A DNA stretch of 64,000 nt from an uncultured Methanosarcinales archaeon (GTDB taxonomy: Archaea > Nanobdellota > Nanobdellia > Woesearchaeales > DSVV01). Of this stretch, positions 1-10,302 are shown one piece after another; position 1 is the stretch's first letter, and each line of letters starts with the position of its first letter. Below the pieces are notes generated by a model. That model was given only the letters and a program-made list of their open reading frames with translations, did not search any database and was not told the DNA's origin. The DNA is taken from positions 128,706 to 192,705 of the forward strand of contig CAYVNN010000004.1 of NCBI GenBank assembly GCA_964453185.1. The letters are read 5' to 3'. The position numbers were made by a program, and so were the translations under genes.

Positions 1-359
1 GCAACAAAGCTAACTTCTGCCACATCAGCTTTTTCTCCACCTTGGAATAATGCTTTTATTCCATGTTCCATATACTTTTGTTTATTGTTTGCTCCTATGA
101 CTTTTGGACAGCAGTCGACGACAATATCAACTTGTTTTAATAAATCATCAAATGTTCCTGCTGGTGTAATGCCATTACTAAGGTATTTAGAATTATCTCC
201 TACTGTAAATATTTTAATTCCTTTTGCATTTGCAATTTCCATTTTGTAATTGTAACTATTACCTGTAACTCCAATAAGTTCCATGTCTTTTTGTTTTAAG
301 ACTGCATCTGCAACTCTCTTTCCAATTGTTCCGTATCCTACTACTCCTACTTTATACAT
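1..359 (-). CDS. gap: Type II (archaeal) glyceraldehyde-3-phosphate dehydrogenase, 5' part (runs off the window)
   Basis: Manual translation MYKVGVVGYGTIGKRVADAVLKQKDMELIGV...DIVVDCCPK; GYGTIGKRVADA is the archaeal GAPDH Rossmann motif; AGGTGA RBS upstream. Confidence 0.93.
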   Translation of the reverse strand, partial: MYKVGVVGYGTIGKRVADAVLKQKDMELIGVTGNSYNYKMEIANAKGIKIFTVGDNSKYLSNGITPAGTFDDLLKQVDIVVDCCPKVIGANNKQKYMEHGIKALFQGGEKADVAEVSFV

Positions 360-374
360 TCTTAATCACCTTTT

Positions 375-1469
375 TTAGTTTAATGTTTTGAATCTTGGTT
401 CAAGTTCTCCTAGTATCTTAGTTATTCCACCATATTCTAGTTCGCTCATGCCAAGCATTGCATTCCCAAAGAATCCTTGTTGTCGGATTTCAATTGCTTT
501 TCTTGAACAATTATCTCTAACATGATCCCAGAATGCATGATCAAATAAATCAGCAGGTTCTGTTAGTTTTCCATTCTGTACACAAAATGCTTGTGCAGTT
601 ACAATTGGTGGTCCATCAAAGAATGAAATTGTTGAACATTTTTTAACAGGCATTAGTGGTCCTTGATGACTTCCTCTCATAAAACCTGCAACATAATGAC
701 AGATTGCATAAGGTGTTATTAATTCTCCTGTTGCAGGGAAACTTCCTTGTGCTCTTACTAATGCAATTGGGTCGTCTTTACCTGTGTATTTTCCTGCTAT
801 ATTATGTAATCTTGTTGTACTTATTGAAACTGCTTGTTCACCTGTTGTTTTTGAATAAATTTCACTAATAACATACTTGTCTGTTTCTCTAAGTAATGCT
901 GCAATGTGATATAATTCTTCAGGTGCATTTAAATCAATAACTTTGTCTGCTTCTGTGTTTGAAACATCCATGATTCTAAATTTAAATCCTTTGCTAATTG
1001 CTGGGCTTAACATTAATCCTGAACAATGCATTGGATCTGCAAAACTTAAATAAAATGGTAAGTTGTATGCTCCTGGATCTGTTTTGTCTGCTGCAAATAC
1101 AACAAATGGTTCATTTGGTCTTTCTTCAAATTCAAGTTCTGCAACTGCCGGTCCCATTCCTTTAACATTTCCAGAGAATGAATCTTTAAGTAAATCTTGT
1201 CCTGCTCCATATAATCCTTGTGCTTTTGCAACTTGTGTTCCTGCCATAAGTGCATCCCATGCTAATTTGTGGATTTGTTCATTGTCTTTTCCTAATGTGT
1301 GTGTCATTAATATTGCAACGTCATCACCAGTGTAAAAAATATAAGAATCAATAACAATACTGGAACTTTTTACATGTGTTTTAACTGCTTCAACTACTTC
1401 TTTTGTTGGTGTTATGTGTCCACCAATACTTCCTATATCTGCCTTAATAAGACTAAGTGTTATTCTCAT
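375..1469 (-). CDS. fbp: Bifunctional fructose-1,6-bisphosphate aldolase/phosphatase (class V FBPase)
   Basis: KADIGSIGGH, GLYGAGQDLLKDSFSGNVKGMGP, GKYTGKDDP and GFMRGSH motifs. Confidence 0.97.
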   Translation of the reverse strand: MRITLSLIKADIGSIGGHITPTKEVVEAVKTHVKSSSIVIDSYIFYTGDDVAILMTHTLGKDNEQIHKLAWDALMAGTQVAKAQGLYGAGQDLLKDSFSGNVKGMGPAVAELEFEERPNEPFVVFAADKTDPGAYNLPFYLSFADPMHCSGLMLSPAISKGFKFRIMDVSNTEADKVIDLNAPEELYHIAALLRETDKYVISEIYSKTTGEQAVSISTTRLHNIAGKYTGKDDPIALVRAQGSFPATGELITPYAICHYVAGFMRGSHQGPLMPVKKCSTISFFDGPPIVTAQAFCVQNGKLTEPADLFDHAFWDHVRDNCSRKAIEIRQQGFFGNAMLGMSELEYGGITKILGELEPRFKTLN

Positions 1470-1535
1470 TTAAATCCCTCCAAGAATTCTGTTTTTTTAG
1501 AATGAAATAATTTCAATTCTCATACACCTTTTTCT

Positions 1536-1664
1536 TTATAATATCAATAACCATGTGCATATTATTAAGATAACTATGATGAATAATAGCATCTTCATAT
1601 AATCTGGTTTTTCCTTACCTTTTTCCTTATATCTGGGTATTCCGACTCTGCTATAGTTTAACAT
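1536..1664 (-). CDS. Small 42-aa protein with a C-terminal TM helix
   Basis: Not in the ORF track; MLNYSRVGIPRYKEKGKEKPDYMKMLLFIIVILIICTWLLIL, preceded by a GAAGGAG RBS. Confidence 0.55.
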   Translation of the reverse strand: MLNYSRVGIPRYKEKGKEKPDYMKMLLFIIVILIICTWLLIL

Positions 1665-1780
1665 TTCGTTCTCCTTCGCACATTGTATGACATTGTCTTA
1701 CAGCGTATGATGGTTGTTTTTATATTTTGTTGTTTTTTGGAATATGTTTTTATAAATAAAAAGTTTTTGACATATTTATT

Positions 1781-1850
1781 AGCAATAGTACTGCTGCCTT
1801 GGTTCACTATCCTATCAACCTGAGAATAGCTACAGGATAAGGTTTGTACA
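1781..1850 (-). repeat. Family A element, 3' half only
   Basis: Minus strand reads TTATCCTGTAG-20 nt-TAGTGAACCAAGGC-AGCAGTACTATTGCT; the 5' AGCGGCTCTG half is not recognisable. Confidence 0.7.
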
Positions 1851-1928
1851 TTATATTTTTAGTCTTTAAATTATTTTGTTGTTACTTATGAGAATATTTG
1901 ATGTTTTCTTGACTATTTGTGGATGAAT

Positions 1929-2618
1929 TTATAGTATTCCAAATATCTTTAATCCAATGAAAATTTGAACAATGTCTGCAAAAATGTGTACATACCAACA
2001 AGAAAATAGATCTTTAGTTTTGTAGAATATATAATTCATAATAATTGCATATACTGTTAAACCTAATGTTACAATTATAAAGAATGTTATGTTAAACCAA
2101 TTATAATAAAACATTACATGATGAAAAGAGAACGCAATTCCTGTAGTGATATATGCAATGATTGGATTAATTTTGTTTAGTTTATTAAATAAAAACCCTC
2201 TCCAGAAGTATTCTTCTAATAAGGAATTTAAAATTATGATATATAATCCTATGAAAATAATATTTGTTGTATTAATTGAAGCTGTTTCTTGTAATTTGCT
2301 AACTATTGATTGTAGATCGATATAATTTTGAAATATGAAAAAGCTTATTAAGTATATTCCTGCTAGTGTAATTCCAATAAGTGTTAATAATAGTATATTT
2401 TTTTTGAATGTATTGAATGAAAAGTTTTCTGTTAATGATTTTTTTAATGTTTTTCTTTCTATGTAAACTGCATAAATTATTGGAAATAAAAAAATTAGTT
2501 TGTATATTGATGAGAATAAATAGTTTGCATTAAATAAATATCTGCTTAATAAAATAATGAATGGCGGTAAAATCATTAATGTGAAAAGTAATATTGTTTG
2601 TTTTGTATTTGGTTTCAT
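1929..2618 (-). CDS. CPBP/Abi-family intramembrane glutamic endopeptidase
   Basis: Multi-TM; EEYFWRG, FSFHH and HIFAD motifs. Confidence 0.9.
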   Translation of the reverse strand: MKPNTKQTILLFTLMILPPFIILLSRYLFNANYLFSSIYKLIFLFPIIYAVYIERKTLKKSLTENFSFNTFKKNILLLTLIGITLAGIYLISFFIFQNYIDLQSIVSKLQETASINTTNIIFIGLYIIILNSLLEEYFWRGFLFNKLNKINPIIAYITTGIAFSFHHVMFYYNWFNITFFIIVTLGLTVYAIIMNYIFYKTKDLFSCWYVHIFADIVQIFIGLKIFGIL

Positions 2619-2729
2619 TTTATTAAAAAAAGAATGGTCTTTTATAAATATATAGTGTTTTTAACAAAAGATTTATATATTTTGTAATAAATAAATTTTA
2701 TATCTTATATTTAAAAAATAGGTGATAAA

Positions 2730-3215
2730 ATGGCTAAAAAGAGGAAGACTGTTAAGAAAAGGACAGTAAAAAGAAAGAGTTCAAAGAAGAGAACTTGTAA
2801 AACAAAATCATTAGATATGAATAGAGGTGGATTATACATCTTAGCAATTGTTGCATGTGTTGCTGTTGTGTGTATGTTTTCTGTTTTAAATGTTGGTTGT
2901 ACGACTGATTTAAGTGGACAAGCATATACAGGTGTTGCACCACATAATCTAGATCTTGATTTAAGTGAGTATCCAACAGATGTTGATGTTTGTATTGAAT
3001 CAGATGATGGAGATGATCCTAGTGATAAAGGTTATGTTGCAGGAAGAGTTGCTAATGATCTAGAAGAATACAATTACGATGACTTTTGTATGGGCAATAA
3101 TGGTTTTGAAGAATATTGTGAAGATTGTACTTTATTTGAATATTATTGTGAAGATGGTAATTTAGCATGGAATCTTTACAATGGTGTAGATTGTATGGAT
3201 GGAAGACTTAATTAA
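2730..3215 (+). CDS. Membrane-anchored protein with a basic N-terminus and an acidic Cys-rich extracellular domain
   Basis: K/R-rich N-terminus, TM helix, C-x-ESDDG...LFEYYC...C-x-DG module similar to 56259-56669. Confidence 0.75.
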   Translation: MAKKRKTVKKRTVKRKSSKKRTCKTKSLDMNRGGLYILAIVACVAVVCMFSVLNVGCTTDLSGQAYTGVAPHNLDLDLSEYPTDVDVCIESDDGDDPSDKGYVAGRVANDLEEYNYDDFCMGNNGFEEYCEDCTLFEYYCEDGNLAWNLYNGVDCMDGRLN

Positions 3216-3235
3216 TTCTTTTATTTTTTAATTTA

Positions 3236-3751
3236 TTATTTTGCTCTTATTTCTAATTGCGGTGAGTAAATCATTCCAGAATTTGGGTGGCTATTGTATA
3301 ATTTAAATGCTCCTGATAATGTTTCTGCTTTTACACCCATTGTGTGTAAGTATTTTGTGAGATTTTGAACTAATTTTACTTCACTTGTAGTTGTTTGTGG
3401 TTGTACTACTGCATTTTTTAATGCAATTTCTTCTTCTGGTGATCTTGGTTTAATTCTAGAAGGATCATGTGCATTAACATAAACTACTTGGTTTGTTAAT
3501 CCAAATTTTGTTTGATCAATTTCATAAGAAAGAAGATAACTATGTTCCCAAACTATTCCTTTTCCCATTTTATGTGTGGGTTTATAATCTACTTCAAGTC
3601 TTACTGTAACTTCTCCAATCCCATCTAGTTGATGATCAAATAATACATCATATGTTGAGGTTTTTCCTCTTGTTTGTCTAACTAATGATTTTGCAACAAT
3701 TTCTCTAGCTAAAACAGTTTCTAAATCAGATTCATTCTGTGTTTTTATCAT
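3236..3751 (-). CDS. Hypothetical protein
   Basis: 171-aa ORF with a TATA-like sequence upstream; no recognised motif. Confidence 0.6.
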   Translation of the reverse strand: MIKTQNESDLETVLAREIVAKSLVRQTRGKTSTYDVLFDHQLDGIGEVTVRLEVDYKPTHKMGKGIVWEHSYLLSYEIDQTKFGLTNQVVYVNAHDPSRIKPRSPEEEIALKNAVVQPQTTTSEVKLVQNLTKYLHTMGVKAETLSGAFKLYNSHPNSGMIYSPQLEIRAK

Positions 3752-3848
3752 TACATTGTGGGGTTTTGTTTCTATTTAAAAGGCTTTTGTGTAAAAATTT
3801 AAAATAAAAACAGTAAGTTTTATATTCTTTAGTTATTAAAAATTAGTT

Positions 3849-4376
3849 ATGAATAAAAAAATACAAATCCCTATCATTGCATTAGTTGTTTTAATTATAA
3901 CTTTCTTTGCTTATTCTGCTTATGCACTTAATTCTGTGCAAGTGCAAGATTTTAATCTCAACAATATTGGAACAAATAAACAGATGGATTTTGTTATTGA
4001 AGGAGATGTTGTTGTTCATAATCCTAGTTTGTTGACTGCAAAGATTACTAGTATTAATTATACTGTTGTTTTAGAAAAAACAGATGAAATAATTTTTCAA
4101 GGAGATATTGATGGAAAAGATATTCCTGCAGGAGAAACAGTTAATTTAGAATTTGAATCTGTTTCAGATTGGGTTCCGAGTGCAACAACTGCTTCAGGTA
4201 TGTTAAAATCAGAAAAGATTTACATTGTAATCATTGCAGATGTCAATGCTAAGTTAATATTCTTTGATGTATCTTCTCAAATGCAAACAAAGATGGACAT
4301 TGCACCAATGGTTAAACCTTTGATACAACAACAAATACAAAATGTTTTGAGTACGCTAGGTGGATTGTTGAAGTAG
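3849..4376 (+). CDS. LEA type 2/WHy-like domain membrane-anchored protein
   Basis: N-terminal TM, V-HNPS motif, ITSINYTV and IPAGETV beta-rich pattern. Confidence 0.7.
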   Translation: MNKKIQIPIIALVVLIITFFAYSAYALNSVQVQDFNLNNIGTNKQMDFVIEGDVVVHNPSLLTAKITSINYTVVLEKTDEIIFQGDIDGKDIPAGETVNLEFESVSDWVPSATTASGMLKSEKIYIVIIADVNAKLIFFDVSSQMQTKMDIAPMVKPLIQQQIQNVLSTLGGLLK

Positions 4377-4379
4377 TGT

Positions 4380-4530
4380 TTATTGCCTGGCCAGTTCACT
4401 ACACCAAATTCTATTATATTTTATCTATGTAACTTGGTTCCTCTTTGTCTTACGACTGACAAATGAAAAAGGAGCGAGGCTTCACTAAGTTCAGCCAAGT
4501 CACGTTCACAACATGGGGCCTAGGCAATAA
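4380..4530. repeat. Family C structured intergenic element (copy 1)
   Basis: Terminal IR TTATTGCCT-GGCC/GGCC-T-AGGCAATAA; internal GTTCACTAC, TTCCTC, GCTTCA and TTCAC motifs shared with 37652-37778. Confidence 0.65.
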
Positions 4531-4622
4531 CCTTGTCATCCTCTTACTTTATCATACAAATCAAAAGATTTATAAAGTTTTGATATTCTTTAAATATTCT
4601 TATATTACGGGGTGAATGATTA

Positions 4623-5459
4623 ATGAAAGAAAGAGTTACTTTAACAATAGAAAATAGTATTCTTAATCAGGTTGATAGAAAAGTTGATGGATATAAAATA
4701 AAAAATAGGAGTCATGCAGTTGAATTATTATTATTAAAATCATTAGGTCAAAACAGGCCTAAGTTTGGTTTTATTCTTGCTGGTGGTCGAGGGACAAGGT
4801 TGAAACCAATCACAGATGAGATTCCAAAACCACTAGTTCCTTTACATGATAAACCAATCTTGGAACATACTTTGGATTTGTTTAAAAAGTTTGGAATAAA
4901 TAAGGTATTGTTATCAATTGGTTACAAAGGAGATAAAATTAAAGAATATTTTGGAAATGGAAAACGGTTTGGATTAAATATTACTTATATTGAGGAGAAA
5001 GAACCAATGGGAACAGGAGGTCCTTTGAATATTGCAAAATCTTTTTTAACAGATACTTTTGTAATGTGTAATGCTGATGAACTTAAAGATATTGATCTTG
5101 ATGAAATGTATTTATTTCATAAAGAAAATAATGCTGTTGCAACAATTGCATTAACAACAGTAGAAGATCCAAGTAAATATGGTGTTGCAAAATTAAGTGG
5201 AAATAAAATATTACAGTTTATTGAAAAACCACCTAAAGAAGAAGCACCATCTAAATTAATTAATGCTGGTTTATATATTTTAGAACCTTCTGTTTTGGAT
5301 TATCTTCCAGAAGGGAAATGTTCAGTTGAAAGAGATGTTTTTCCAAAAATTGCAGCAGATGGTAAAATGTATGGATATCATTTTAGTGGTCAATGGTTTG
5401 ATACAGGTAATCTAGAAAGATATGAGAAAGCAATAAAGGAGTGGAGAGATTTAGATTAA
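4623..5459 (+). CDS. Sugar-phosphate nucleotidyltransferase with an N-terminal ribbon-helix-helix domain
   Basis: ILAGGRGTRLKPIT...PKPL, E-x-EPMGTGG and WFDTG motifs; N-terminal RVTLTI...NRSHAVELLL is a CopG/RHH pattern. Confidence 0.9.
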   Translation: MKERVTLTIENSILNQVDRKVDGYKIKNRSHAVELLLLKSLGQNRPKFGFILAGGRGTRLKPITDEIPKPLVPLHDKPILEHTLDLFKKFGINKVLLSIGYKGDKIKEYFGNGKRFGLNITYIEEKEPMGTGGPLNIAKSFLTDTFVMCNADELKDIDLDEMYLFHKENNAVATIALTTVEDPSKYGVAKLSGNKILQFIEKPPKEEAPSKLINAGLYILEPSVLDYLPEGKCSVERDVFPKIAADGKMYGYHFSGQWFDTGNLERYEKAIKEWRDLD

Positions 5460-5487
5460 TCTTTTCTTTTTTGAGGTGTTGTAAAAA

Positions 5488-6867
5488 ATGGTATTTCTTG
5501 ATAAAAGCATGTTTAGAGAATATGATATTAGGGGTATTGCAGATACCCAATTGAGTGATGAAGTTGTTGAATTAATTGGTAAGGCATATGGAACTTTTAT
5601 TGGTGGCAAAGAAGTAATTATTGCAATGGATAATAGAAAAAGTTCTGAGAGAATTAAGAATGCTTTGATTAAAGGTTTAATTTCTTGTGGTTGTGAAATT
5701 ATTGATATTGGTTTATCTATAGTTCCAATTCTTTATTTTGCAAGAAAACATTATGGGATTGATGGTGGTATAATGATTACTGCTTCCCATAATCCTAAAG
5801 AATATAATGGTTTCAAAATCTGTAAGGGTTTTGCAACTATTTTTGGGGATGATATTCAGAAATTAAGAAGGATTGCTGAAGAAGGTAAATTTTTAGAGAG
5901 ATCTTGTGGACAAGTTAGATATGAAGATCCAAAAGAAGCATATTATGATTTATTAAAAGAAAAAATTAAATTAAATAAAAAGTTTAAAGTTGTAGTTGAT
6001 TGTGGAAATGGAACCGCGAGTTTATTTGCAGCTGATGTTTTAAGAAATTGGGGCTGTGAAGTTGTTGAACTTTATTGTGATTCTGATCCTGATTTTCCAA
6101 ATCATCAACCGGATCCTGTGAAACTTAGTTGTGTTCAAGATTTAATTAAACTAGTGAAAGAACATAATGCTGATCTTGGTGTGGGTTTTGATGGAGATGG
6201 TGATAGATTAGGTGTTGTTGATAATGAAGGAAATATGATTTGGGGAGATATGATGCTTGTTTTATTTTTTAGAGAATTGTTAGCTAAATATCCTGGTGAA
6301 GAATGTATTATTGAGGTTAAATGTTCACAGTCATTGGTTGATGATGTTAGAGCTCATGGTGGTAATCCTGTATTTTTTAAGACTGGACATTCATTAATTA
6401 AAGATAAGATGATTAAAGATGATGCAAAATTAGCAGGTGAAATGTCTGGGCATATGTTTTTTAGAGATGAATTCATTGGAACAGATGATGCATTCTATGC
6501 AGCAGGAAGATTGTTGAGAATTATGGATAAATCTAATAAAAAATTATCTGAATTATTTTTAGATGTTCCAAAATATTATTCAACACCAGAAATGAGATTG
6601 TATTGTCCAGATGAGTATAAATTTGATATTACAAAACAAATTGTTGAATATTTTAAAGATAATGATGTTGAAGGAAAGAAAGATGTTATTGATGTTGATG
6701 GAGTCAGAATTGTTTTTAATGATGGTTGGGCTTTAGTAAGAACATCAAATACACAACCTGCATTAATTTTTAGATGTGAAGGTGTTTCAGAAGAAGCAAA
6801 AGAAAGGATAAAGAAATTAATGTTTGCAAAGTTAAAAGATTATCCTGAGATTAGTTTGGAAGAGTAA
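5488..6867 (+). CDS. Phosphomannomutase/phosphoglucomutase
   Basis: FREYDIRG, ITASHNP, FDGDGDR and GEMSGH motifs. Confidence 0.96.
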   Translation: MVFLDKSMFREYDIRGIADTQLSDEVVELIGKAYGTFIGGKEVIIAMDNRKSSERIKNALIKGLISCGCEIIDIGLSIVPILYFARKHYGIDGGIMITASHNPKEYNGFKICKGFATIFGDDIQKLRRIAEEGKFLERSCGQVRYEDPKEAYYDLLKEKIKLNKKFKVVVDCGNGTASLFAADVLRNWGCEVVELYCDSDPDFPNHQPDPVKLSCVQDLIKLVKEHNADLGVGFDGDGDRLGVVDNEGNMIWGDMMLVLFFRELLAKYPGEECIIEVKCSQSLVDDVRAHGGNPVFFKTGHSLIKDKMIKDDAKLAGEMSGHMFFRDEFIGTDDAFYAAGRLLRIMDKSNKKLSELFLDVPKYYSTPEMRLYCPDEYKFDITKQIVEYFKDNDVEGKKDVIDVDGVRIVFNDGWALVRTSNTQPALIFRCEGVSEEAKERIKKLMFAKLKDYPEISLEE

Positions 6868-6898
6868 ACGTTTATATATTGTTAGATTCAGTTAATAT

Positions 6899-7054
6899 AA
6901 TAATACCACAGCGGCTCTGGTACAAGGCAAAAAACAATGCTTGTATCGTATATATAATGCCGACTTCATCGACATTATAAGACATTGACTGTGTCAAGTA
7001 TCCTGACATAATATGATATAAAATTTTATAGTGAGCCAAGGCAGTGGTATTATT
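6899..7054 (+). repeat. Family A element, interrupted by a family B insertion
   Basis: ATAATACCAC-AGCGGCTCTG...TAGTGAGCCAAGGC-A-GTGGTATTAT; 50 bp longer than sibling copies. Confidence 0.9.
6951..7000 (+). mobile_element. Family B ~50-bp two-hairpin element nested in a family A copy
   Basis: TATATAATGCCGA-CTTCA-TCGACATTAT-AAG-ACATTGAC-TGT-GTCAAGTA; removing it restores the family A motif GTATCCTGAC and canonical spacing; GTA/TA occurs at both junctions. Confidence 0.8.
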
Positions 7055-7085
7055 GCTATTGAAAACGCTGTTTGAGGTGAATATT

Positions 7086-8270
7086 ATGAAAAAAAGTTTT
7101 GTTATTATGTTAATAAGTGTATTAGTTTTGGCTATGTTCTTAAGTGGATGTAAAGAAGAAAGTGCTGAAGATTGTTTAGCAGATTGTTTAAAAGAATCAC
7201 AAGATAAGGCAACATGTAATCAACAATGTGGAATGGAGATGCTTGAAAAGCCAACAACACCACAAAAAGAACTTCCTCCCAAAGAAACAACTGAACCTGA
7301 ACCAGAAGTTCCTGAGAAAGTTGAAATAGAATGTAGGATTAATTCAGATTGTGATCAAAAACAAATATGTGAAGAGAGTGAATGTGTAGATGTTGATTGT
7401 AGAGAAAGACCAGATTGTGATGATGGATATTATTGTGAAGAATATGTTTGTATTGAGATTCCAATGCAAGGACCAAGTGATGAAGTGATTGATGATTGGA
7501 CTGATAAGATAATGGATCTTGAAGATTTGTTTGATGATATTTATGAAGATGCAGAAGATCTTTATGATTATTTATCTGATTCAGGTATTGAAGATGATGA
7601 CACATATGAAGATTATGAAGAGGATATTGATGAATTACTTGATGAAATTCAGACATTATTAGATGAGATTGATGAAAAACAAGATAATTTGACTGCAGAA
7701 TTAGGTTATGTTGAAACTTATGCTGATTTAGCAGATGTTAGAGATGAATATAATAGTTATCTGGATGAAATATCTGAATATAGAGAAGATTTTGTTGATG
7801 AAATGACTGATCAATTAGATAATATTGATGAAGCAGTTGGAGATTTAGAATGTACAAGTGATGATGATTGTACTGATGAATTTTGTGTTGATAATGTTTG
7901 TGTTGAATGTGAATCAGATGATGATTGTGATTCTGGATTTAGTTGTGATTCATACAGTTGTGTAGAAGATGCAACTGAAACAAATTGTTCAGATAGCACA
8001 GATGATGATTCAGATGGTTACACTGATTGTGCAGATTCTGATTGTGACGGAGTGGATGACTGTGAATACGATGAAGAGCTAACATGCGATGACAGTGTAG
8101 ATAATGATTCAGATGGTTATACTGATTGTGCAGATGAAGACTGTGATGGAGCAGATGATTGTGAATATGGTACAGAAGCAACATGTGATGACAGTATAGA
8201 CAATGATTCAGATGGAGATACTGATTGTGATGATTCAGACTGTGAGTCAGATACAAATTGTAGCTCATAA
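7086..8270 (+). CDS. Acidic Cys-rich surface lipoprotein with C-x-D-x-x-D-x-D-x-DG-x-x-DC-x-D-x-DC repeats
   Basis: GAGGTGA RBS before ATG 7086; lipobox FLSGC; three tandem C-terminal Asp/Cys repeats; CxxDxDC modules. Confidence 0.85.
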   Translation: MKKSFVIMLISVLVLAMFLSGCKEESAEDCLADCLKESQDKATCNQQCGMEMLEKPTTPQKELPPKETTEPEPEVPEKVEIECRINSDCDQKQICEESECVDVDCRERPDCDDGYYCEEYVCIEIPMQGPSDEVIDDWTDKIMDLEDLFDDIYEDAEDLYDYLSDSGIEDDDTYEDYEEDIDELLDEIQTLLDEIDEKQDNLTAELGYVETYADLADVRDEYNSYLDEISEYREDFVDEMTDQLDNIDEAVGDLECTSDDDCTDEFCVDNVCVECESDDDCDSGFSCDSYSCVEDATETNCSDSTDDDSDGYTDCADSDCDGVDDCEYDEELTCDDSVDNDSDGYTDCADEDCDGADDCEYGTEATCDDSIDNDSDGDTDCDDSDCESDTNCSS

Positions 8271-8364
8271 GTAATTAATTTCTTTTTTTCTTTATTTTTT
8301 ACAAAAGATTTATATATTTTAAATATAAAAATTCTATTATAATTAAAACTTGAGGTGTTTATTC

Positions 8365-10191
8365 ATGAACGATAAATTTAAGAAATTTATGGTGTTTAAA
8401 AGTTTTTCAAACTTTATAAACAATAAAAAGGTATTAGTTTCTGTATTGATTATAATTAGTTTAATGTTTTTAATGGGACAGGTTAGTTGTAGTCCTATGT
8501 CTTTAATATGTACTTCTGATGAAGAAGGTGGAACACAATGTGATGATGGTTATGTTTATGAATGTGTGTTTGAATCAGGTACATATGTATGGGAATCAAC
8601 TGGTTCAACATGTGAATATGATACTGAATCTGATTGTACAAATTCAACAGATGACGACGACGACGGTTATACTGATTGTGCAGATCCTGACTGTGATGCA
8701 TTAACTGGTCCAAGTGGAGAAACCTGTGAATATGGTGCAGAAACAACATGTACTGATACATATGATAATGATGCAGATGGTTCTGCAGATTGTGATGATA
8801 CTGATTGTAGTACTGATAGTAGTTGTTGTACTGCAACAGAAACTACTGAAGCGACATGTGATGATTCAGTAGATAATGATTGTGATGGTACTACTGATTG
8901 TTCAGATAGTGATTGTTCAGCTGTTGATGTATGTTTAAGTGCAGAATGTACATTAGATTCCGAATGTGAAACATTATATGGAACTGGTTATATTTGTAAT
9001 ACTTCAGGTTATTGTGAATTAAGTACAACAGAGGATAATACAACAAATACAACAACTGAAGATTGTACCAATGGAGTAGATGATGATAATGATAGTTTAG
9101 TTGATTGTAATGATACAACTGATTGTCCATGTGATTCAGGATATAGTTGTAATACAACAAGCGCATTGTGTGAATTAGATTCAACTACAACTACAGAAAA
9201 TTGTACTAATTCAACAGATGATGATGGAGATGGAGATATAGATTGTGCTGATTCTGATTGTAATGCGTCAACTGGTTCAAGTGGAGAAACATGTGAATAT
9301 GGAACAGAGTTAACATGTAATGATGGTTATGATAATGATGGTGATGATTTAATTGATTGTTTTGACGATGATTGTAGTAGTTATACTACTTGTGATCTGA
9401 TCAATGCTTTTGCTAATTATGAAGCAGTAAGTACTGATCCTGATAATAGTATTTTATCATGTGATGCTGCATGTGCAGAAGAAGGATTGATTTGTGTACA
9501 AACAGAAGCATATAAGGATACAAGTTCTTCTTATGATGCTACTGGTTTGTTAGGATCAAAAAATTTTAATTTGAATTGTAGTTATGAAGCTGAACATGGT
9601 TATACTTATAGATGTAAATGTGTTGATTTAAGTAGTTATTCAGATCTTGCAACAACACTTTCAGGTCATAGTTTATATGCTACTAATTCAAGTTGTAATT
9701 ATGTTTGTGGAGCTAATTCAAAATTATGTGTTCATGCAGAAAAGGCTAGAATGAATGATAGTATTTATGATTATACTGGTGTTACAAGTAGTTGTTCATC
9801 ATCAGGATCAACTAAAGTAACCATGGTTGATCTTCCGTTAATAACTGGTGCAGCGGTTGTAAATGATAGTGACTCACCAATTCCAGAAGCAGAAAAGATG
9901 GATACAACTTCACATAATTATACAAAGCATTGTAGTTGTGTAGATGAACTTTCAGATTATTCTGAGTTTTTAACTCTATTGAATGATTATGATTATGATC
10001 TTACAGATCCTAGTAATGCTGATGAAGATACTTGTGATGAGGTATGTAATGATATGGATAAATTCTGTATAGGGGTTGAAGCATATACCGATAGTAGCAA
10101 TATAACATTTAGTTTTACTGGTGCATTGGGTTATAGGTCTAGAACTTGTGATTATGAATCATCAACTATAAATAGATGCAAGTGTATCTAA
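8365..10191 (+). CDS. Secreted or anchored Cys/Asp/Thr-rich surface protein
   Basis: GAGGTG RBS; signal-like segment ending MGQVSC; about 6 DxDxDG-DC repeats plus three C-terminal SCxxxC...C...CxC modules; paralog of 10303-12318. Confidence 0.85.
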   Translation: MNDKFKKFMVFKSFSNFINNKKVLVSVLIIISLMFLMGQVSCSPMSLICTSDEEGGTQCDDGYVYECVFESGTYVWESTGSTCEYDTESDCTNSTDDDDDGYTDCADPDCDALTGPSGETCEYGAETTCTDTYDNDADGSADCDDTDCSTDSSCCTATETTEATCDDSVDNDCDGTTDCSDSDCSAVDVCLSAECTLDSECETLYGTGYICNTSGYCELSTTEDNTTNTTTEDCTNGVDDDNDSLVDCNDTTDCPCDSGYSCNTTSALCELDSTTTTENCTNSTDDDGDGDIDCADSDCNASTGSSGETCEYGTELTCNDGYDNDGDDLIDCFDDDCSSYTTCDLINAFANYEAVSTDPDNSILSCDAACAEEGLICVQTEAYKDTSSSYDATGLLGSKNFNLNCSYEAEHGYTYRCKCVDLSSYSDLATTLSGHSLYATNSSCNYVCGANSKLCVHAEKARMNDSIYDYTGVTSSCSSSGSTKVTMVDLPLITGAAVVNDSDSPIPEAEKMDTTSHNYTKHCSCVDELSDYSEFLTLLNDYDYDLTDPSNADEDTCDEVCNDMDKFCIGVEAYTDSSNITFSFTGALGYRSRTCDYESSTINRCKCI

Positions 10192-10302
10192 TTTTTTCTT
10201 TTATTTTTCTTTTTTACAAAAGTTTTAAATAGTATAATATGTGTAAATTATATTTAAATAGTCATAATTATATATTAAATAAAAACTTTGAGGTGTTTAG
10301 AT

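Noticed and set aside
7811..9400. Asp/Cys codon repeats (GATGAT/GATTGT) as DNA-level repeats or DGR template/variable regions
   Set aside because: Explained by protein repeats; differences are not adenine-specific, and no reverse transcriptase is present
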